This document shows positions 29,229 through 40,065 of a stretch of 64,000 nt of DNA, piece after piece. Location: positions 1,216,001 to 1,280,000 of the forward strand of contig JBPOGI010000001.1 in NCBI GenBank assembly GCA_051251855.1, read 5' to 3'. The stretch is from Roseibacillus sp. (GTDB lineage: Bacteria; Verrucomicrobiota; Verrucomicrobiia; Verrucomicrobiales; Akkermansiaceae). The position numbers and the translations under genes are program-made. Position 1 is the first letter of the stretch, and each line of letters opens with the position of its first letter. The notes beneath the pieces are model-generated. The model did not search any database and had not been told where the DNA came from. It saw only the letters and a list, made by a program, of their open reading frames with translations.

Positions 29229-29606
29229 ATGAAATTCCTTTCCCTCCTTGCCGGCTGCTCTCTCCTCGGTCTCAGTTCCTGCGCGCTCAGTTCTGACAAG
29301 GTCGAGGAGGAAGATACCGACGGCCCTTCCATCCCGCCGCCGACGGGCTTGCAAGCCTCCAACACGAGCGAGTCAACTCAGGAACAACTTCCTGAACTCC
29401 CCTCCTCATCTGAACAAAGCAGTAAACCTACCGAAAAAGTAAGCGTTAAAGAAATCGACGGCTTTGTCTACGAAGATGTCCTCAACACCCTCCCATCCCA
29501 ACGCGATTTGGCGACCCCTCCAACCTCTCTAGTGCCCTCAAGCCTCAAGGATGAGGAGAGCCAAACAACCGATGACGATACCAAGCCCCTCGTCATCAAC
29601 CCCTAA
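29229..29606 (+). CDS. Putative lipoprotein, largely disordered
   Basis: MKFLSLLAGCSLLGLSSC lipobox followed by Ser/Pro/Glu-rich sequence. Confidence 0.65.
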   Translation: MKFLSLLAGCSLLGLSSCALSSDKVEEEDTDGPSIPPPTGLQASNTSESTQEQLPELPSSSEQSSKPTEKVSVKEIDGFVYEDVLNTLPSQRDLATPPTSLVPSSLKDEESQTTDDDTKPLVINP

Positions 29607-29626
29607 ACTCTTTTCTGCAATCTACC

Positions 29627-30868
29627 GTGCGCCCGCCGAAAAAGTTCAAGGACACTCCTTTCCCTTACCATCACGAGCTCACCCTAGAGGTGGATTCTCT
29701 CAGTAATCTCGGAATAGGAGTCGCCCGCGTTCAGCTGCCTGATGCCCCGCCGGAACAAGGCCCGTGGGTCGTCTTCGTGCCTTTCTGCCTCCCTGGCGAA
29801 ACGGTAAGGGCCCGTATCTATCGCAACGACTCCAACTGCTCTAGCGCCGACCTCCTCGAAGTCCTCACCCCTTCATCTGATCGCGTCGAGCCAAAGTGCA
29901 CTCTCTTCGGCCTTTGTGGAGGTTGCCAATATCAGCACCTTTCCTATGAGAAGCAGCTGCAATGGAAGCGTCAACAGGTTGCCGAGCTCACTGAACGTCT
30001 CGCAGGACTCGCCATTCCCGTCCTCGATCCTGTCCCTTCTCCTCGTGAGTGGAACTACCGTTCCAAGCTCACCCCTCACTTCAACAAACCCAAGAACGGC
30101 GACACCGGCCCTATTGGATTCCTTGCTCAAGGCACACGCAGTCGGCTCATCGACGTTCCTCAGTGCCCCATCGCCATGGAAACCATCAACGAAGCTTTCC
30201 CCGCCATCCGCAAGGATGCCAAAGACCGCGCTTCGACTTTTAAAAAGGGCGTCACCCTCCTCCTTCGAGCTCACTCCGGCAAAGTCGAGACCAACAACCG
30301 CGCCGTCATCAGCGAAGAAGTCAATGGACTCACCTTTCACTTTCTCGCCGGCGATTTCTTCCAGAACAATCCCTTTATCCTCCCCGAGTTCGTCAACTAC
30401 GTCGCCGAAGAAGCCGCTCAAGATGGCTGCACCCACCTTGTTGACGCCTATTGTGGTTCCGGGCTCTTCGCCCTCTCCCTTTCGAAAAGATTCGAAAAAG
30501 TCGCCGGGGTTGAAGTCTCCGAATCCTCTGCCGACTTTGCACGCCGCAACGCAGAGCTGAACCACCTCTCCAACGTCGAAATCCTCACCTCATCGGCCGA
30601 AGGCATCTTCGACGACCTCACCTTCAACGGTGACAAAACCGCCCTCGTCATCGACCCCCCTCGCAAAGGTTGTACCGAAGGCTTCCTTGACCAGCTCGCC
30701 AAATTTGGCCCCCGCCGTGTCGTGTATGTTTCCTGCAATCCCGCTACCCAGATGCGCGACTTCGTCCAACTCAACGAAGCAGGCTACACCGTCGAAAAAA
30801 TCCAACCCTTCGACCTCTTCCCACACACGCGCCACCTCGAGTGCGTCGCCACTCTCACCCGTAGCTGA
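29627..30868 (+). CDS. TRAM-domain RNA (uracil-5)-methyltransferase, RlmD/TrmA family
   Basis: C...CGGCQYQH Fe-S motif, FFQNN, DAYCGSG, DPPRKG, YVSCNP, FDLFPHTRHLE. Confidence 0.93.
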   Translation: MRPPKKFKDTPFPYHHELTLEVDSLSNLGIGVARVQLPDAPPEQGPWVVFVPFCLPGETVRARIYRNDSNCSSADLLEVLTPSSDRVEPKCTLFGLCGGCQYQHLSYEKQLQWKRQQVAELTERLAGLAIPVLDPVPSPREWNYRSKLTPHFNKPKNGDTGPIGFLAQGTRSRLIDVPQCPIAMETINEAFPAIRKDAKDRASTFKKGVTLLLRAHSGKVETNNRAVISEEVNGLTFHFLAGDFFQNNPFILPEFVNYVAEEAAQDGCTHLVDAYCGSGLFALSLSKRFEKVAGVEVSESSADFARRNAELNHLSNVEILTSSAEGIFDDLTFNGDKTALVIDPPRKGCTEGFLDQLAKFGPRRVVYVSCNPATQMRDFVQLNEAGYTVEKIQPFDLFPHTRHLECVATLTRS

Positions 30869-30883
30869 CGCTTCCAGCGGCAG
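30861..30883 (+). repeat. GTAG-tagged REP-like hairpin overlapping the methyltransferase stop codon
   Basis: GTAG-CTGACGCT-TCC-AGCGGCAG, one stem mismatch. Confidence 0.4.
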
Positions 30884-30930
30884 TCTATCTCGTCAGCATC
30901 GACTTCGTCATCAAATACGATCTTGAACTT

Positions 30931-31034
30931 CTCCCAGAGCGTCTAGGTCCGTCCCTCTCCCAGAACGCCTAGGTCCGTCCTCCCTGAGCCTTCAGGTCCG
31001 ACCTCCTCCCAGAGCCTCTAGGTCCGTCCCCCTC
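30931..31034 (+). repeat. Tandem repeat, four imperfect units of about 23-26 bp
   Basis: ctcccagagcgtctaggtccgtccct / ctcccagaacgcctaggtccgtc / ctccctgagccttcaggtccgacctc / ctcccagagcctctaggtccgtccc. Confidence 0.85.
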
Positions 31035-31117
31035 CAAAAAACAAAAAGCCAAGAGCACCCCGCGGCTCCGCTTTTCCCTTTAACTCACTCCCACTTTCCA
31101 ACAACCTTTCCTCAATC

Positions 31118-34100
31118 TTGAAAACCGTCTTTCTACTCCTGTTTTCGCTTACTCTCCTGCCACTTTTCGCAGCACCCAGCCCCATCCTCCCCGAAAAAAC
31201 AACCCGCTACCACGAACTCCTTCTCAACCGCCCCGATAGCAGCACCCTCTTCGAGCGCTTCCTGAACGCTTGGCTCGACACCCACTCCAAAGAAGAACTC
31301 GAAACCTTCCTCCAGAAAAAAGCACAGGACAACTCCCCCAAACACGCCCTAGTCCTCAACACCTTTCACCAATGGGTCGGCCAAGAAACACAAGCTCTTG
31401 CCACTCTAGACCAAGCACTTCTCAGAAATCCAGACTCAAGCCTTCTCCAACTCGCTCGCGCCAAGCTCAAGGCCCAACTGCTCGACTTCGAGGGAGCCCT
31501 CAACGATCTCGAACAGGTCGGCCCACTCAGCAACCCCGAAGACCTTCTCCTTCACGGCACTTGGCTGGCCCGCTCCGGTCAACAAGAACAAGCGGTCATC
31601 GTCTGGAAAGAACTTCTCGCAGCTGATCCCCAAAACGAAATACTCGCCGAAGATCTCATCGAACTCGAAGTTTCTGAAGGGTTCTACAAAGAAGCACTCG
31701 AGACCCTCAATAAGCTCATCACCGACACTCAAGACCCTTACCAAAAAGCCCTCCGCACCCTCCGCTTCGCCGAGATTCAAGAACGAGCCGGTCAAAGCCA
31801 AGAAGCTCTCATCACTTACCAAAAACTTCTTCCTCAGTCTGGCCAAGACTCTTGGCTCGAAAAAGAAATCCTCGCCCAAATTGAAGAGTCTTTTCGCCGC
31901 CAAGACAACCTCACCGGCCTGCGCGAATTTTACCAAATTCTGCGCCAAGACCTCCCTCTCCGTATCAGTCTTAAAAAAGGCCTCGCTTTTCAAATGGCCA
32001 ACAACGGCGAAGGAGAAGAAGCCATCGCACTCTTTCGTGAAATTCTCAAAATCACCCCCGGAGACCGCGCCAACCGCCTCCAGTTCATCACCCTTCTTGA
32101 AGACATCGATAGCTTTGACCTCGCCCTCTCCGAAGTCGCCTTTCTCCTTCGGGAACAACCCGAAGACCAAAACCTCTTGGAGCACCAAGCCCGCCTCCAT
32201 GACTTAACCGGTAATCGAGAAGGGCTCAAGGAAACCCTCGCTACCCTCACCGAACTCCGAGGACAGGAAGCAAACGCCCTCCTAGCGACCGTCGCCCTCT
32301 ATCAGCGCTACCAATTCGACACCCAAGCAGAAGAACTTCTTCGCACCACGGCCCTACAATTCCCAACCCTTGTTGAACCCCGCGAAGCCCTCGCCTCCTT
32401 TTTGGCAAATCCACTTCATGATGAAGCCAAGCAAGCCGAAGCCACCCAAATTTGGCTCACTCTTGCAAACAATACAGACGCCGAAGGACTGCTCCGAGTC
32501 GCTCGCTCTCTCCAAAATAACAACCGCCCTCAGGAGTGCTTTCAACTTCTCCAAAGCCGCCTCCCAGACTTTCCTAACAACGCCCTCCTCCTTACCCAGC
32601 TCTGCAACGCTGCCCTCGTCACTTCTCAAGAAGAAGAAGCCTTTCCTCACGCTCTCCACCTCACCAGCCTCGCCCAAGTTCCCACCGAATTTGAAGCCGC
32701 GCTCAAGCTCGTGGCTCAACTCGCGCGCCAACTCGATCTCACAGACCTCATTGCCGAGCTGAGCGCCCAAGACAACAAATCTAGTATTCAATGGTGTGTC
32801 CTCGCCGAACTTCACCAAATCCTCAACGACTTCGAAGCTAGCGCCGAGGCTCTTGCACAAGCGCGTCTCATCGACGACTCCGTTCTCGTTGCCAGCCAGG
32901 AAATTCGACTCTTCAAAGCCCAAGGAAATTGGCTCCAAGCCATCGCCCGTCTACGAGAACTCATTGCCACCCCCGGTGGCAACCGCCCCGCTAACCTCAA
33001 CAAACTGATTCAGCTCCTCATCGACTCTGGAGATATTTCCGCCGCTCTTGTTGAGGTTGAGAAGTGGAAGAAGCGCTCTCCGGGCGACAAACATGCTTGG
33101 CTAAAGCGCGCTGAACTTCTCACCCAAAGCGGACGCCTCACCGAGGCCGCCCTCGAACTCCGCCGTGCGCACACTAAATTCAATCAAGACTCCGATCTTC
33201 GCAATCGACTCGCCAAAGCCCTCCTCGCTGCGGGTGACTACCCTGCTGCCGAGCGCCTCTATTTCAAAATCTATCAGGAAGCCGACGACGCCAGCGCCCG
33301 CAACCACGCCATCACCGAACTCGCGATTCTTGCCAAACAAGAGAATCGAACCGAGCAACTCCTCGCCGATTTCCAGCGCCGCAAACGTCAGAACCCCAGC
33401 GAAGCCGGCCCCCTCCTCGCCCTTGCTCGCATCTACGAAATTTTCGAACAATACGACCAACAGCACAGTGCTCTTGCCGAAGCTCTCCGCCGACGCCCGA
33501 GCGACTCAGTCCTCCGTCTTCAACTTTCCAAACTCGAGGAGAACGCAGGCCTCGTTGAACAAGCAGCTCAAACCCTTCGAGACGGCCTGGCCCTCTCTTC
33601 CGGTCCTCAACTCCGACAAGCCCTCGCCGACTTCTACTTCCGCAGCGGAGAGTTGGAGCTCGGCCTCGACCTCTCTGCCGCGCTCAACCAAGACGACCCT
33701 AGAGCCTTGGAAGCCACGGTCCTCTCCCTCTGCCAACAACAAGAATGGGAGCTCGCTCTCCGCCATCTCAACCTCACTTCTTCTTCAGACCCTCGTCTGC
33801 AATGCCTCCGAGCACTTGCTTTGGTTCATCTCAACCGAAGTCAGCAAGTGTCTCCCCTCCTTGCGCAATTACTCTCCAACACCAACAGCACCTTCCCCCC
33901 GAATCTGAGCGTTACCAACACCTCCGTTTTCAAGCAAACCCGCTTATGGAGCCAGGCCAACAGACCCCTTCCCGCGCCAGAGCTACTTCTCTTCACCTAC
34001 TTCAACAATCAGATCGACTCTTTCCTGCAAAGACGGTTCCAAAGCTACTCTTCATCCGGCTCGCAGCCACAACCTTCCGACCTCCTACCTGGGACCTTAG

Positions 34101-37100
34101 CCGAACTACGAGCCTTCACCCTCGCTCTCATTTATAGAGGTAGTAACCTCCTCTCCGACTCTGACGAGAAAGCGCAATTCCTCGCTCAATTTTCCATCCC
34201 CACGGTTCCCTATCTTCAGTCTTTTTTCCATCCTGACTTTCGAGAATGGCTCCTCGACGAGTTCAACAACCAGCGCCTCACCCTCCCTCAAGTCACCCCG
34301 TATCTCAACCAGATTGCCTTTCCACGCCAATCCCTCATCACAGCCCTCGAGGACCCTGTTTTTGTCGAGGAACACCCCGCCGTTGCCGTCCAAGTTGCCC
34401 TCCACCTCGCCCAAAACACACCAAACGAGGAGGAGGACGAACGCGACTGGTTCGCTCGCATCTTCAACATCATTCCCCAACTGGAAGAAACAGACAAAGA
34501 CTACTACCTCACACTCCTCAACAGCTATCTCACCAGAAGCAGAGGCAACGCCTACTTCCTGAAGGGGAATCTCACCCCCAACTATGAAGACTTGTTCCGC
34601 AGATTGGCTTGGAAAGAGATCTCAAGCCACAACTCTCACTCAACTCCAGTAAGCCAGAAACTTTGGTTCCATAATTTCCGACAGAGTCTTCGCGATCACA
34701 AACTTGCTGCCGACTACATCAAGGTCCTGAACCTCTCGTGCCAGGAGTTCATCGACCACCCTCTCAAAAAGAACAGCTCTCCAAATAGCCCTTACTCTCT
34801 GTGGGGTGGGCATCACCAACCCCCGTGGGGACATTATCCTTCAGCCTCTCACGGTTCTCCTTCTAACACTCCTAGCTTTCCCCCGACAAGCTCACCCCTC
34901 CCTCTCTTCGTCCTTCAAGACTTCGCAATCCGCACATCAAGCAACCCGTCGCAGAATCACGAGAATACTGCAGTCCAACAACGACTCCTCAAAAAATGGC
35001 GGGAGCATATTGGCAGCGGTTCGATTGCGTCCGGTTCCATTGCCACTCGGCATAGTCAAGACCTTGATCCCGATGCCTTGCTCCCCTTCATTCCGCAGAT
35101 TGAAAACAAGCGTGTTCGTGCTATTGCTTACCACTGGGCCGGAGCCACAGAGGAGCTGGAAAAACTCATTGGCGAGTTCGCTGAAAGCAACGATCCTCAA
35201 CTCCTGCTCTTTGCGCTCTGCTACTATTACGACCCACAAGACCGAACTAAGAGCTTCTCTATTCTGAAAAAGCTTCCTCGAGAGCAGCTCCCAAAACTCC
35301 AAAGAGTAGAAGTGGATCGTTATTGGGTACAAATGGGGGCAGACCTCAGCTCTCGCAACAAGCTCTCACCCGAGGACAGTGCTCTCGTCAAGAAGGCTGC
35401 GCTGCGCTACCGCCACTCTTCCGAGGCGGCCAACAATCAGAACTACCTCAATAACCTCCTCACTCGAATCGACCCCAAGCTTCAATACACCGCACGCCGA
35501 ACAAGTCGTTCTACTCAATATAACCCTGGGGCAGGCCGCTATCGTTCTTCTCAAAAAATAACCGATAAAATCGCATATCTTCTCTCCCTAGCCCAGTTCG
35601 AAACAGCCGCCACTCTTTCTCTTCGGCACCTACACTCAGACTTCCGCCTTCGCCGCAACTTTCAATCAAGTAACAGTCGCGAATTGCTTAAATCAGCCAA
35701 CGAGAACCCCTCTTTCAAGACCGCTCTCCTGACCGCAATCGATTCCACAGCTCAAAAGAGCTTTCAATCCCAGTTCTTTGCAGCCGAGCTCCATTCCACC
35801 CTCGAAAGTAATAGCAAAGCCCTCGCCATTCTGCGCGAGCTCTCCCTAGCCCGTCCCCACGACGAACAACTCACCAAAAAAATAGAATGGCAGGAAATGA
35901 AGATCGCGCACCTCGGTCTCCTCGCCGACCCCAACCAAGACCTCACCCTCGCCGAACTCGAACCTATTCTGATACATGCTGGCTTTAGAGACCGATCGAG
36001 TAGTTATAATAATTCACAAAAGAAACCACTTCCCGTCTACCTAGCCGCCGCCACCCGCGCTCTCAATGCCACCGAACCTCAGAGCCTCGACGACAGGAAT
36101 TTGAGTTGGCCCCTATTCCTGCTCCGCAACTGCGCTGGGCAGACTTACTTCGGTGACCTCGAGCAGCGTTCCCCTTCCCTCGCAACCGCTGAACAAGATT
36201 TCGACCCCGAACGCATCCGCCTCATCCGTGAGAACATCACTGCTTGCCTACGGCATCCGCAATTAGCGAACGGTGCTTTCCGGATCGCCACCGGCTGCCA
36301 AGAAGCTCTTGGCTACACTCCCGAACAACTGAGAGAATTCGCTCTTGAAGCCCTCTCCGTTTCTTTGATGCCGTCAACCTCTGAAGAAGAGAAAGAAAAA
36401 GCTGGAGATGAACAAATCGATTCAGAGCCTCACCCATCCATTTCAGTTTGGAATTCCTACGACCCGTCCCCTGAATTCGGCCCCACCCCCCAAACCTTTC
36501 TTATTACTTGGATCGCCCAAAATCAAATCCCCGAAGACGGGCCTGATTTCCAAGCAGTTATCACTGCCTCCCCCCAGCTTGCTGAGCAGGCCCGCTGGGC
36601 ACTTGAAATGGCAGGGCCAGACCTCGCCACCGCTCAGGTCGCTTTTTCCGCCTGGCAAGAGACGCTCGACGAAACCGCTCAGACCAACTTTCATTACAAA
36701 CTCCAGCATATCGCAAACCGCCTGCAAGACCTCGCAGACATGCCTGAGGCACCTCCGCTGCTAGAAACAATCCGCCAAGACTACCTCACCCTCACTCTCG
36801 CCCACTGGAGAAAACAAAACTTCAACCACTCCACACTTCTGACCCCTTCTTTCAAGAGCTACCTCACTCGTCTCTGGGACCCCGCAGAACCACAAATCCT
36901 CCGTTCCGTCCTCGAAAGAATAATCACCCAATCCCTAGGCGACCAAAGCCTCTGGCCAGACTTCGTCACCCTTTCTAAGGGCAATCAACTTCCCATCCCC
37001 CTGCGCACACTCTCTAACAGCTACCGAGAAATCATCTCGAGTCTTCTCGCGCAAGATCAAGAACTTAACATCTTCCCTACCCTCCTCTCTCTTCCTCCGC

Positions 37101-40033
37101 TCGCCTCTTCTCTAAGGAGTTCGAACTACCGCGACGCGCTAAAGAAATACTATTCTTTCGAGACCGACGAAGAAGGCTGGGAGGCCTTTCAGAAAATCGA
37201 TTTAGACAACTTCACTTGGCATACCCTTGCCTTCGGATCAGCTGAAGAATCGGAAACCTTCTTCCACTCTCTTTGTTATCACTTCTCCAGACGTTCCAAC
37301 ACCAAGAAACACATTCTCGAGAAACTTACCGCACAAGAGAGTTCCGGTCTCAAATCCCTGCTCATTGCTCACTATCTCGCAGGTAGCAAAGAATCTAAGG
37401 AGAATTTGCTCGTTCATCTCGAGGAAAACTCACACCACATCTTGGCCCTTCCCGAAAGCGAACAAAAGGCCATCAGCACCCTTTTGCAACCTCCCTTCCC
37501 TGCAGGTGAAGCCCCTCCAACATCTTCTCCCCATCCGAACGCCACCCATCTTCTTCTGACCCTCAACAAAGACCGCCGAAGTCAATTCTACTCTCGCCTT
37601 CAACAGTTGCTCAGCGAGGGATTTACCACCGATGACCTCATAAAGAACAGGCCTCTCACTGAGAAAGAAATCATCAAGCTAGTTAACCTAAGCCTCTTCG
37701 AAAAACCCTCTCTCGCCAGCCAGCTCACCATCAAATATCTCTCCTCCCTTCGAGAGATACTTACTACGAGCACTCCTGAACGAGTAGACAGTGATTTCGA
37801 GTCCAGTTACGACTCTCTCCTCCAAGGAATCCTCACCGAGAGCCGTCCCTTCATCGATTACATCCCTTATCTCACCGCTCTGGAAGCCAGCCCCCTCTCA
37901 GCACAACTTCCCTTTACCCATTCTTACTCCACCCAGAGCAGTCACTTCAACGCCTTCATAGACACTCTTCCCGGACCCGTGGAAGACCCTCTCTTTCACC
38001 GCTGGCACTGGGACGACCTCGCCCAACAGCTCCAAAACCTCTCGCCTCAGCATCGCCAAATCGCCAGCTATCATTTTCTCATCCACCATAAGATGAGAGC
38101 ATCCCAAACTACCTCCGAATATTGGAAATGGGCTGAAGACTCCGGCTTCCGAGAACGCCATCCCCGACTCTGCGAAGACCTTCTTCTCAGTCTTGCCTTC
38201 TCCAATTGGGGACAATGCTCACCCGAGCAAAAAAGCACTCTCTTTGAGATTTGGCAGAACCGTCTTTCTGACTCCTCAATCTCTATCCGCCTCCGCGTGA
38301 GCCTTGCCACTCATGCAATGATAAGGGCGCGAGACTTCTTAAAAGAACCAGCCGCTCTCATCGCCACCATCCCCATTGCCCGCGAATGGCTCTCTCAATC
38401 AAATTCCACCCTAGACAAGAGATTCCCTTATGTTCTCAAGTCCTACCTCCCTATCACTGCTTCAGAGCAAGCTGAAGTGCTCAACAGCCTCCTTCGAGAA
38501 TGCTTGCAGAAGGTAACCTCTGATCCCTATCTCTCTTTTCCCAGAAACAACAGCCTTCGTTCCCTATACTTGGAAGAACTGGTCCCACTCTTCCTCCAAC
38601 TTGAGGATCGGGAATCCTTTCAAACCCTGTCCCAAGCCCTCGGCCAGACTCTCAGCGGAAGACCAAAGCTGCTTTTTCTCCTCGCAAAAATGAATGATCG
38701 CAAGTCCATCAACCACCTACTTGCTCGCGAAGACTCCCTCTACTCTAGCTTCAAGAAGAAGTGGAACAGCGACACCGCCAAAGAGGTCTCTCATCTTCTC
38801 TCTTTCATCGACGACCCGAAAAAGCGCTACCGGCTCGAGTGCCATCTCAGTTGTGCCACTGACGATACTAGAGTCCATGATCAGACCTTTCTAAAGCGCC
38901 CCGAACGTATCCTTCGGCTCGCAAAGCAATTCGAAGAACTCGCCCCCCAAGTCCCAACCGCCCGCATCGAATGCCTAGCCAAGTTGAGCGCCCCCTTCAA
39001 TCTCGAGCGCGCCCGCTTACTTGAGGCCCCGCTTGCCGAGACCTACCAACGCTGGCCGTTTCCTCAAGCCTTAGAAAGTTCTCGCGACATCCCCTCCTCG
39101 GCGCTCCTAACCATCTCGGAAACCTACCTCAAGCTTCGCATCGCGCAAGGCGACTGGACTCCCGCCATCACCGCCGCCAGAACTCTCTTCGCTCGGATGC
39201 AACAAAACGACCGTTCCTTCAGAGACAAGAAAGAAGCCCTCTCCAAAATCATCTCTCTCCTCACTTCCCAGCTCCTCGAATTTGAAGCGGACAATCAAGC
39301 CCCCCCCATCGACCCAGAGCTCGCCCTACTTGCAAAAGAACTTCTTCCTATCCTCGGCCAAAAAGAAAGAGTGAGTGGCAAATTATGTCCCTCCATTCTC
39401 TACCTCGCCATTGTAACTCACCAGCGTGCTAAGAACACCCCGGAACTTTTCGCTCAACTAACGAAGCATGCCGGTCAATCAGACGTAAACTATCTCACTG
39501 CTCGGACAACTCTTGTTACAACCACAAGTAGTCACCAATTCGAGCTTTCGAACCAATCGAGAAAAATTCTTTACCTAGAATCTCTCACCAAGGATCCCAC
39601 TGTCTCTCAACATCTCTTCGCCTCCCACAAAACATTTGCAGCCCTCATCAGAACCATAAAATTCGATAAGGAACCCCTCTCAGAATGGAGTCTTCAGCTC
39701 CCCGCAGATTATCCCCGACGTGCGGAACTCCTCCTCGGTGCAGCCAACACCATTACCAAGTTCGAAAGACGAGAGGAGTTTTCTGTTCCGGTCTTCGAGA
39801 CCGCGCTCGCCCAAGCGGAAAAAGACCAGGATGAGGAATTGATCAGCCTGATTAAAATCTGCACCGCCGTCAAAATCAGAGCCACTGATCGTCAGAAGGC
39901 GGCCGAACTCATCAAGTTACTCACCCTTTCAGACCTCTCGGAAGATGAACAAAAGGTTTACAAGTACCTCTTCGAATGGGCGGAAACCGTAGACACTTCC
40001 GTTCCAAACGACCCCGGCCCTGGCAACCCCTGA
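31118..40033 (+). CDS. Giant (2971 aa) exported tetratricopeptide-repeat / alpha-solenoid protein
   Basis: Uninterrupted 8.9-kb ORF, signal peptide MKTVFLLLFSLTLLPLFA, recurring TPR-like units through the first ~900 aa, Leu-rich helical remainder. Confidence 0.85.
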   Translation: MKTVFLLLFSLTLLPLFAAPSPILPEKTTRYHELLLNRPDSSTLFERFLNAWLDTHSKEELETFLQKKAQDNSPKHALVLNTFHQWVGQETQALATLDQALLRNPDSSLLQLARAKLKAQLLDFEGALNDLEQVGPLSNPEDLLLHGTWLARSGQQEQAVIVWKELLAADPQNEILAEDLIELEVSEGFYKEALETLNKLITDTQDPYQKALRTLRFAEIQERAGQSQEALITYQKLLPQSGQDSWLEKEILAQIEESFRRQDNLTGLREFYQILRQDLPLRISLKKGLAFQMANNGEGEEAIALFREILKITPGDRANRLQFITLLEDIDSFDLALSEVAFLLREQPEDQNLLEHQARLHDLTGNREGLKETLATLTELRGQEANALLATVALYQRYQFDTQAEELLRTTALQFPTLVEPREALASFLANPLHDEAKQAEATQIWLTLANNTDAEGLLRVARSLQNNNRPQECFQLLQSRLPDFPNNALLLTQLCNAALVTSQEEEAFPHALHLTSLAQVPTEFEAALKLVAQLARQLDLTDLIAELSAQDNKSSIQWCVLAELHQILNDFEASAEALAQARLIDDSVLVASQEIRLFKAQGNWLQAIARLRELIATPGGNRPANLNKLIQLLIDSGDISAALVEVEKWKKRSPGDKHAWLKRAELLTQSGRLTEAALELRRAHTKFNQDSDLRNRLAKALLAAGDYPAAERLYFKIYQEADDASARNHAITELAILAKQENRTEQLLADFQRRKRQNPSEAGPLLALARIYEIFEQYDQQHSALAEALRRRPSDSVLRLQLSKLEENAGLVEQAAQTLRDGLALSSGPQLRQALADFYFRSGELELGLDLSAALNQDDPRALEATVLSLCQQQEWELALRHLNLTSSSDPRLQCLRALALVHLNRSQQVSPLLAQLLSNTNSTFPPNLSVTNTSVFKQTRLWSQANRPLPAPELLLFTYFNNQIDSFLQRRFQSYSSSGSQPQPSDLLPGTLAELRAFTLALIYRGSNLLSDSDEKAQFLAQFSIPTVPYLQSFFHPDFREWLLDEFNNQRLTLPQVTPYLNQIAFPRQSLITALEDPVFVEEHPAVAVQVALHLAQNTPNEEEDERDWFARIFNIIPQLEETDKDYYLTLLNSYLTRSRGNAYFLKGNLTPNYEDLFRRLAWKEISSHNSHSTPVSQKLWFHNFRQSLRDHKLAADYIKVLNLSCQEFIDHPLKKNSSPNSPYSLWGGHHQPPWGHYPSASHGSPSNTPSFPPTSSPLPLFVLQDFAIRTSSNPSQNHENTAVQQRLLKKWREHIGSGSIASGSIATRHSQDLDPDALLPFIPQIENKRVRAIAYHWAGATEELEKLIGEFAESNDPQLLLFALCYYYDPQDRTKSFSILKKLPREQLPKLQRVEVDRYWVQMGADLSSRNKLSPEDSALVKKAALRYRHSSEAANNQNYLNNLLTRIDPKLQYTARRTSRSTQYNPGAGRYRSSQKITDKIAYLLSLAQFETAATLSLRHLHSDFRLRRNFQSSNSRELLKSANENPSFKTALLTAIDSTAQKSFQSQFFAAELHSTLESNSKALAILRELSLARPHDEQLTKKIEWQEMKIAHLGLLADPNQDLTLAELEPILIHAGFRDRSSSYNNSQKKPLPVYLAAATRALNATEPQSLDDRNLSWPLFLLRNCAGQTYFGDLEQRSPSLATAEQDFDPERIRLIRENITACLRHPQLANGAFRIATGCQEALGYTPEQLREFALEALSVSLMPSTSEEEKEKAGDEQIDSEPHPSISVWNSYDPSPEFGPTPQTFLITWIAQNQIPEDGPDFQAVITASPQLAEQARWALEMAGPDLATAQVAFSAWQETLDETAQTNFHYKLQHIANRLQDLADMPEAPPLLETIRQDYLTLTLAHWRKQNFNHSTLLTPSFKSYLTRLWDPAEPQILRSVLERIITQSLGDQSLWPDFVTLSKGNQLPIPLRTLSNSYREIISSLLAQDQELNIFPTLLSLPPLASSLRSSNYRDALKKYYSFETDEEGWEAFQKIDLDNFTWHTLAFGSAEESETFFHSLCYHFSRRSNTKKHILEKLTAQESSGLKSLLIAHYLAGSKESKENLLVHLEENSHHILALPESEQKAISTLLQPPFPAGEAPPTSSPHPNATHLLLTLNKDRRSQFYSRLQQLLSEGFTTDDLIKNRPLTEKEIIKLVNLSLFEKPSLASQLTIKYLSSLREILTTSTPERVDSDFESSYDSLLQGILTESRPFIDYIPYLTALEASPLSAQLPFTHSYSTQSSHFNAFIDTLPGPVEDPLFHRWHWDDLAQQLQNLSPQHRQIASYHFLIHHKMRASQTTSEYWKWAEDSGFRERHPRLCEDLLLSLAFSNWGQCSPEQKSTLFEIWQNRLSDSSISIRLRVSLATHAMIRARDFLKEPAALIATIPIAREWLSQSNSTLDKRFPYVLKSYLPITASEQAEVLNSLLRECLQKVTSDPYLSFPRNNSLRSLYLEELVPLFLQLEDRESFQTLSQALGQTLSGRPKLLFLLAKMNDRKSINHLLAREDSLYSSFKKKWNSDTAKEVSHLLSFIDDPKKRYRLECHLSCATDDTRVHDQTFLKRPERILRLAKQFEELAPQVPTARIECLAKLSAPFNLERARLLEAPLAETYQRWPFPQALESSRDIPSSALLTISETYLKLRIAQGDWTPAITAARTLFARMQQNDRSFRDKKEALSKIISLLTSQLLEFEADNQAPPIDPELALLAKELLPILGQKERVSGKLCPSILYLAIVTHQRAKNTPELFAQLTKHAGQSDVNYLTARTTLVTTTSSHQFELSNQSRKILYLESLTKDPTVSQHLFASHKTFAALIRTIKFDKEPLSEWSLQLPADYPRRAELLLGAANTITKFERREEFSVPVFETALAQAEKDQDEELISLIKICTAVKIRATDRQKAAELIKLLTLSDLSEDEQKVYKYLFEWAETVDTSVPNDPGPGNP

Positions 40034-40065
40034 CAAAACACGGAGCTCACTCCTTAGGCAAACCC

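Noticed and set aside
30931..31034. Possible mini-CRISPR array
   Set aside because: Units are contiguous with no unique spacers, and there are no cas genes in the window
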